This document shows, in pieces, positions 59,092 through 64,000 of a DNA stretch of 64,000 bases (its first letter is position 1; the number at the start of each line of letters is the position of its first letter). Below the pieces are notes generated by a model. It saw nothing but the letters and a program-made list of their open reading frames with translations. It had not been told where the DNA came from and searched no databases. The stretch lies in the NCBI GenBank assembly GCA_019057795.1, contig JAHLWS010000005.1:1-64000 (forward strand). Reading direction: 5' to 3'. Both the position numbers and the translations under genes were made by a program. The DNA comes from Promethearchaeota archaeon (lineage in GTDB: Archaea; Asgardarchaeota; Lokiarchaeia; Sigyniarchaeales; SOKP01).

Positions 59092-60975
59092 ATGGAAAAA
59101 TTAGGCGAAGATTATATACCTAGACCGGAATACCCTAGACCGCAATTTGTAAGGGCAGATAGTTGGATTAATCTTAACGGGGAATGGGACTTTGCTTTTG
59201 ATGATATAAATAGAGGATTAATTGAACGCTGGTACCTTAAAGAGAGTGCAAACAACTTTGATAAGAAAATAATAGTTCCCTTTTGCTTTCAAAGCAAATT
59301 GAGTGGAATTGAGGACACATCATTTCACGAAGTCTTTTGGTATAGAAAAAAATTTAATATTCAGAAACAATTCGAAAATAAGAAAGTTTTGCTTCATTTT
59401 GGGGCTGTTGATTATAGTTGTGTAATTTACTTAAATGGGGTTTATGTTGGCTCTCATGAGGGTGGTTATATTGGATTTTCTTTAGATATAACAAATTATA
59501 TTGAAGAAAATAATGTTTTGGTTGTTAGAGTAGAAGATCCGAGTCAAGATCTTGAAATTCCCAGAGGTAAACAATACTGGAAAGAGAATATAGAATTGAT
59601 ATTCTACCCTAGAGTATCTGGTATATGGCAAACGGTTTGGTTGGAGTCTCTTTCTCCAGATTACCAAATCGAAGATTTAAAAATTACTCCAGATATTGAT
59701 AAATCTGAAGCTATTTTTGAAATCAATATTAATGGGATGGGTTTCTCAGAGTTATATCTTATAATTAAGGTTTTATTTGATAATCAAATAATCACTCAAG
59801 ATAAAATTAATCTAGATTTCATCGGGAAAATCGGTAAAAAGAAAAATAAGAAAGTAATCAAAGAAAGGATCGAGATTTTCCATAAGAGAATGTTCCATGA
59901 GAATCAATCACGCTTTAATTTCAAGGTTGCAATACCTAACAATTTATTGCATCTTTGGGATGTAGATAATCCAAATTTATACGATCTATCATTAAAAATT
60001 GAAAATGAGAATACAGGTGAGATATATGACGAGATATCAAGTTATTTTGGTATGAGAAAGATATCAATATCAGAACAAGAGAATGAGAATAAGCAAATTT
60101 TGCTAAATTATAAACCCTTATATCAGAAATTGTTTTTGGTGCAGGGGTATTGGCCTGATAGCTTATATACGCCTCCCTCTGATGATCACATTAAAAAAGA
60201 TATTCAACATGTTTTAGATTTTGGATTTAATGGTTTAAGGACACATCAAAAAGCTTTTGATCCTAGATTTTTGTATTGGTGTGATAAAATGGGCGTTTTA
60301 GTGTGGGGAGAGATTGGTAATGCTTACCGTTTCTCTGTGAAATCACAACTTAAACTTATTAACGAATTTGTAGCTGAAGTTGAACGAGATTATAATCATC
60401 CTTCGATTATTGCCTGGGTACCCTTGAATGAAGGTTGGGGTGTCTCCGGAGCAGAGAGGGACCCTAAAAGAGGTTATTATACATCTTCATTATATTTTTT
60501 AATAAAATCAATTGATCCTACTCGATTAATTATAGATGATGATGGATGGTGGCATACGGAGAATAATGATGTGTGTACCCGACACTTTTATTCGACAACT
60601 AATTTTTTACCAGTATCATTAGAGGAAGAAATTAGAAGCCATAAAACCGCAGTTCCAAAAACTTATCTAAAATCATACGAGTATAAAGGTGAACCTATTA
60701 TTTACAGTGAAATAGGAGGATTTGCCTATGATTTTAAAGAAAATGTTGAAAAGAAATGGGGTTATGGAGGATTAATAGAAGATTCTGAAGTTTTATTTGA
60801 AAGAGTAATAGAATTACTTAAAGAATTCGAAGCAAGAAAAGAATGGATTCAAGGCTTCTGTTACACTGAACTTTACGATCAGTTCCAAGAAATAAATGGT
60901 TTATTAACTTTCGATAGAGAACCTAAATTTCCACCGCAGAAATTGAAAGAAAAACTAGATGCAATGTTTTATTAA
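59092..60975 (+). CDS. Glycoside hydrolase family 2
   Basis: PRPEYPRPQ, LHFGAVD, NHPSIIAWVPLNE, SEIGG, GFCYTELYD. Confidence 0.93.
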   Translation: MEKLGEDYIPRPEYPRPQFVRADSWINLNGEWDFAFDDINRGLIERWYLKESANNFDKKIIVPFCFQSKLSGIEDTSFHEVFWYRKKFNIQKQFENKKVLLHFGAVDYSCVIYLNGVYVGSHEGGYIGFSLDITNYIEENNVLVVRVEDPSQDLEIPRGKQYWKENIELIFYPRVSGIWQTVWLESLSPDYQIEDLKITPDIDKSEAIFEININGMGFSELYLIIKVLFDNQIITQDKINLDFIGKIGKKKNKKVIKERIEIFHKRMFHENQSRFNFKVAIPNNLLHLWDVDNPNLYDLSLKIENENTGEIYDEISSYFGMRKISISEQENENKQILLNYKPLYQKLFLVQGYWPDSLYTPPSDDHIKKDIQHVLDFGFNGLRTHQKAFDPRFLYWCDKMGVLVWGEIGNAYRFSVKSQLKLINEFVAEVERDYNHPSIIAWVPLNEGWGVSGAERDPKRGYYTSSLYFLIKSIDPTRLIIDDDGWWHTENNDVCTRHFYSTTNFLPVSLEEEIRSHKTAVPKTYLKSYEYKGEPIIYSEIGGFAYDFKENVEKKWGYGGLIEDSEVLFERVIELLKEFEARKEWIQGFCYTELYDQFQEINGLLTFDREPKFPPQKLKEKLDAMFY

Positions 60976-61050
60976 ATTAGATTAATTTTTCTTACAGAAT
61001 ATTAGAATTTAAAATTAAAATATTTTAGAATTAGTAGGTTTGAAGTTAAA

Positions 61051-61866
61051 ATGGCGAGACCGTTATGGTTCGTAAATTTGCTGAAAAAAACTTTTCCTAA
61101 TATTAAATTGATAGCTAAATTAACGAGGTTTCCTGTTGTTGGTAAAATCTTTGACTTCCTGTTATTTGAAGGAGACGAAATTATATACCTGACGCAAGAT
61201 AAGGTAATTCCTATTAATAAAGAAGTCAAAAAACAAGCGGAAATGGTGTTACCCTCAAAAGTTTTGGATCACTTTATAGAAAAAGCTAACTACCATTGGG
61301 TAATGAATTTCTGTATATGTCGAGATTCAATGCAGTGCAAAGACTATCCAATAGATTTAGGGTGTTTATTTCTGGGGGAAGCTGTTTTAGGGATTAACCC
61401 TCAATTAGGACGACTTGTAACGAAAGAAGAAGCCCTTGATCATATAAAAAAATGTAAAGAAGCTGGTTTAGTTCATATGATTGGAAGAAATCGATTGGAT
61501 AAGCAATGGCTTGGCGTAAATCCAGGTTATAAACTTCTAAGTATATGTAATTGCGATCCTTGCTGTTGTTTATGGCGTATATCTCCCGTTTTAGCTTCTA
61601 AAATTGGTTCTAAAGTGCAAAAAATGCCAGGAGTCACCTTAGAAGTATCAGAAAGATGTGTGGGGTGCGGAACATGCATGCAAGGAATATGCTTTGTCGA
61701 TGCGATACATATGGTTGACAACCGTGCCAAAATTACTGAAGAATGTAGGGGATGTGGTAGGTGCGTTGAAATTTGCCCCCAAAACGCTATCGAACTCACG
61801 ATAAATGATAAAGAATATGTAGAGAAATCAATCAAACAAATTGAAAAAATTATCGATGTTACCTAG
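61051..61866 (+). CDS. 4Fe-4S ferredoxin-domain protein
   Basis: CICR, ICNCDPCCC, CVGCGTC, CRGCGRCVEICP. Confidence 0.9.
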   Translation: MARPLWFVNLLKKTFPNIKLIAKLTRFPVVGKIFDFLLFEGDEIIYLTQDKVIPINKEVKKQAEMVLPSKVLDHFIEKANYHWVMNFCICRDSMQCKDYPIDLGCLFLGEAVLGINPQLGRLVTKEEALDHIKKCKEAGLVHMIGRNRLDKQWLGVNPGYKLLSICNCDPCCCLWRISPVLASKIGSKVQKMPGVTLEVSERCVGCGTCMQGICFVDAIHMVDNRAKITEECRGCGRCVEICPQNAIELTINDKEYVEKSIKQIEKIIDVT

Positions 61867-61900
61867 TTTTAAATCTTACCAATCTTAATTCTTTAATGAA

Positions 61901-63019
61901 ATGAGAATTAAGGACTTTAAATTAGAAGAATATTTCGCAAAGTATGAGTTTAATGTTAAATACTCTTTGTGTTCCTCAGATTGCGAATCATTTAGCGTAG
62001 ACGAATTGCTAACTTTAGATAAAGATTCCTTAGGAGAACTTAAAAAGGTTTGGCTAGGTTATACTGAATCTCTTGGCAATCCTTTGTTAAGAGAAGAAAT
62101 TTCTAAATTGTATAGCAATATAAAACCAGAAGAGATAATTGTTTTTTCTGGAGCTCAAGAAGGAATTTTTGTTTTTATGAATGTTTTATTAAAGAAAGGA
62201 GATCATGTGATCGTTCAATATCCTGCTTATCAATCGCTATACGAAATCGCTAACGCTATAGGATGTAAAGTTACTAAGTGGATAATGAGTGATGAGAACA
62301 ATTGGAAACTTGATTTGAAATTTTTGGAATCTAACATCAATAAATCTACTAAATGTATTGTTGTAAATTTTCCACATAATCCAACAGGGCAACTCATCTC
62401 AAAAGAAAACTACCAAAAAATTATTAAGTTAGCTAAAGAAAAAGATATTTACGTTCTTTCTGACGAGGTTTATAAATTTTTGGAGTATAACAAAGCCGAC
62501 AGATTACCATCTGCTTGCGATCTTTACGAAAAAGGAATATCAATAAACGTGATGTCAAAAGCATTTGGCCTTGCTGGGTTAAGAATTGGATGGATTGCAA
62601 CAAAAAATAAAACCCTTTTCAAAAAAATCGCTTCTTTCAAGAATTATACTACTATTTGCAATAGTGCTTTAAGCGAGTTTTTTTCAATATTGGCTTTGCG
62701 TAATAAAGACAAAATTATTAACAGGAATTTGGACATTATTAATAAAAATTTGAACCTACTGGATAAATTTTTCGAAAACTATTGTAAATATGTAGCTTGG
62801 GTGAGACCTAAAGCAGGTTCGATTGCTTTTCCAAGGCTTTTAATTGAACAAGATGTAGAAGAATTTTGTCTTGATTTATTAGAAAAAAAGGGTGTATTGT
62901 TGATGCCAAGCACTAAATTTGATTATGGAACATCTCATTTTAGAATTGGATTTGGTCGAAAGAACTTACCTGATGCCTTACAACATTTTGATAACTATAT
63001 GACTGAAAATTATGGTTAA
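61901..63019 (+). CDS. PLP-dependent aminotransferase class I/II
   Basis: NFPHNPTG, DEVY, SKAFGLAGLRIGW. Confidence 0.93.
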   Translation: MRIKDFKLEEYFAKYEFNVKYSLCSSDCESFSVDELLTLDKDSLGELKKVWLGYTESLGNPLLREEISKLYSNIKPEEIIVFSGAQEGIFVFMNVLLKKGDHVIVQYPAYQSLYEIANAIGCKVTKWIMSDENNWKLDLKFLESNINKSTKCIVVNFPHNPTGQLISKENYQKIIKLAKEKDIYVLSDEVYKFLEYNKADRLPSACDLYEKGISINVMSKAFGLAGLRIGWIATKNKTLFKKIASFKNYTTICNSALSEFFSILALRNKDKIINRNLDIINKNLNLLDKFFENYCKYVAWVRPKAGSIAFPRLLIEQDVEEFCLDLLEKKGVLLMPSTKFDYGTSHFRIGFGRKNLPDALQHFDNYMTENYG

Positions 63020-63348
63020 TAATAATTGTAGAACATTTTCAATGGTTATCTGGGAGAAAATCTGAAATATTTACTATTGAATTTTTGAATACTTAAACTA
63101 TAAAGGCGATGTAACTCTTTTTTACTAAACATTGGGTTATTTTTTAGTAATTATTACTTCTTAATATTGAAGATTTATTCATCGATTTAAATGATGCTTT
63201 TTTGATAAATGCATCAATTCTAATTTCTTCCTTTGAGATGGGGTAGTTAATTATTTTAGTGAATATTCCCGCTCATAGATTTATCCATAATAAAACAATG
63301 ATATATGAGTAGGTTATACCCATAAAAGAAAGAATAGTATGAATAAAA

Positions 63349-64000
63349 ATGTTAAAAGAAACACAAAGAATGACCGGAACGGTCAAATGGTATGATGAGA
63401 AGAAAGGGTTTGGATTTATAACCCTTGATAGGGATGGTAAGGATATTTTTTTACACCATACTGCACTGCAACCAAACGAAGATAATAATATCACCAGTGG
63501 TGATTGCCTTACTTTCACAATTCAACCACAAAAAAAAGGTCTTGCTGCTATTGAAGTAACACGGTTAGAAGAAGTTGTGCAATCTAGGATATCAAAAAAA
63601 AATAAACCATTACAATACAACCAAATTGATAGTGGTTTAAATTTTGCTGATCTTGATTTAGACTCTAAGATTTTACAGGCAGTAAGAGATTCGGGATATG
63701 AGGCTCCGACACCAATTCAAGCTCAAGCAATCCCGATTATATTGAATGGAAAAGATATGATAGGTTGTGCTCAGACAGGGACTGGAAAAACTGCTGCTTA
63801 CGCTCTTCCTATCTTGCAACGATTAGTTAGTATAAAGAACAACAATAACATGAAAACCAAGCGTAAAATCAGTGTTTTAGTAGTTGCTCCTACAAGAGAG
63901 CTTGCAATCCAAATTAAAGACAGTTTTAATATTTATGGAAAATATACTGGACTAAGAAATACTGTTGTTTATGGAGGGGTTGGACAAAACCCACAAGTGA
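63349..64000 (+). CDS. Cold-shock domain fused to a DEAD-box RNA helicase (5' part; missed by the ORF track)
   Basis: MTGTVKWYDEKKGFGFI...DIFLHHT is in frame with Q motif F..L.L...GYEAPTPIQ, AQTGTGKT and APTRELA. Confidence 0.92.
   Translation, partial: MLKETQRMTGTVKWYDEKKGFGFITLDRDGKDIFLHHTALQPNEDNNITSGDCLTFTIQPQKKGLAAIEVTRLEEVVQSRISKKNKPLQYNQIDSGLNFADLDLDSKILQAVRDSGYEAPTPIQAQAIPIILNGKDMIGCAQTGTGKTAAYALPILQRLVSIKNNNNMKTKRKISVLVVAPTRELAIQIKDSFNIYGKYTGLRNTVVYGGVGQNPQV

Noticed and set aside
1163-63518. Short antisense or overlapping ORFs in the track (e.g. 1163-1429, 3856-4110, 13477-13806, 20019-20390, 39501-39764, 43930-44235, 63273-63518)
   Set aside because: They are shadows of longer, motif-supported genes on the opposite strand or in another frame.
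1-64000. tRNA or rRNA genes
   Set aside because: No GC-rich cloverleaf or rRNA-like segment was seen by eye; tRNAscan-SE would be needed to exclude them formally.

Overview
AT-rich archaeal DNA, most likely an Asgard archaeon (Lokiarchaeia-like). The evidence is an archaeal rps13-rps4-rps11 cluster, a tailed HMf-type histone, a Rab-like small GTPase, and UGA-containing (selenocysteine) hdrA/mvhD with a eukaryote-like SECIS candidate. The window has two parts. (1) About 0.9-39.4 kb is a large accessory/defence island abutting the 3' end of rps11, where rpoD usually follows. It carries a type IIG R-M fusion, an ABC-ATPase two-gene module, GIY-YIG, TM-anchored PIN, Schlafen/AlbA_2 and HerA proteins, and three M.HpaII-like C5 methyltransferases (one a chimeric pseudogene). 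It also has a MORC/GHKL-Ig operon, an OLD nuclease, an HNH nuclease, a Mig-like glycosylase, a broken EVE-nuclease and a radical SAM/TcmP pair. Two families of short intergenic boundary repeats give it a cassette-like look; one resembles the unusually GC-rich 3' end of rps11. It also holds displaced fragments of genes from its right end. No integrase was seen. (2) About 39.4-64 kb is core genome: r-proteins, an hdrA(2 Sec)-mvhD(2 Sec)-frhB-like cluster, serS, cofC, GTPase, trmB, histone, dam, HIT, thpR, GH2 and a cold-shock-domain/DEAD-box helicase fusion. The ORF track misses or truncates several genes: mvhD, full hdrA, the rps4 and HIT N-termini (apparent ATC/ATT starts), DUF4177 and the CSD-DEAD fusion. 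All family assignments are by motif recognition, not database search.
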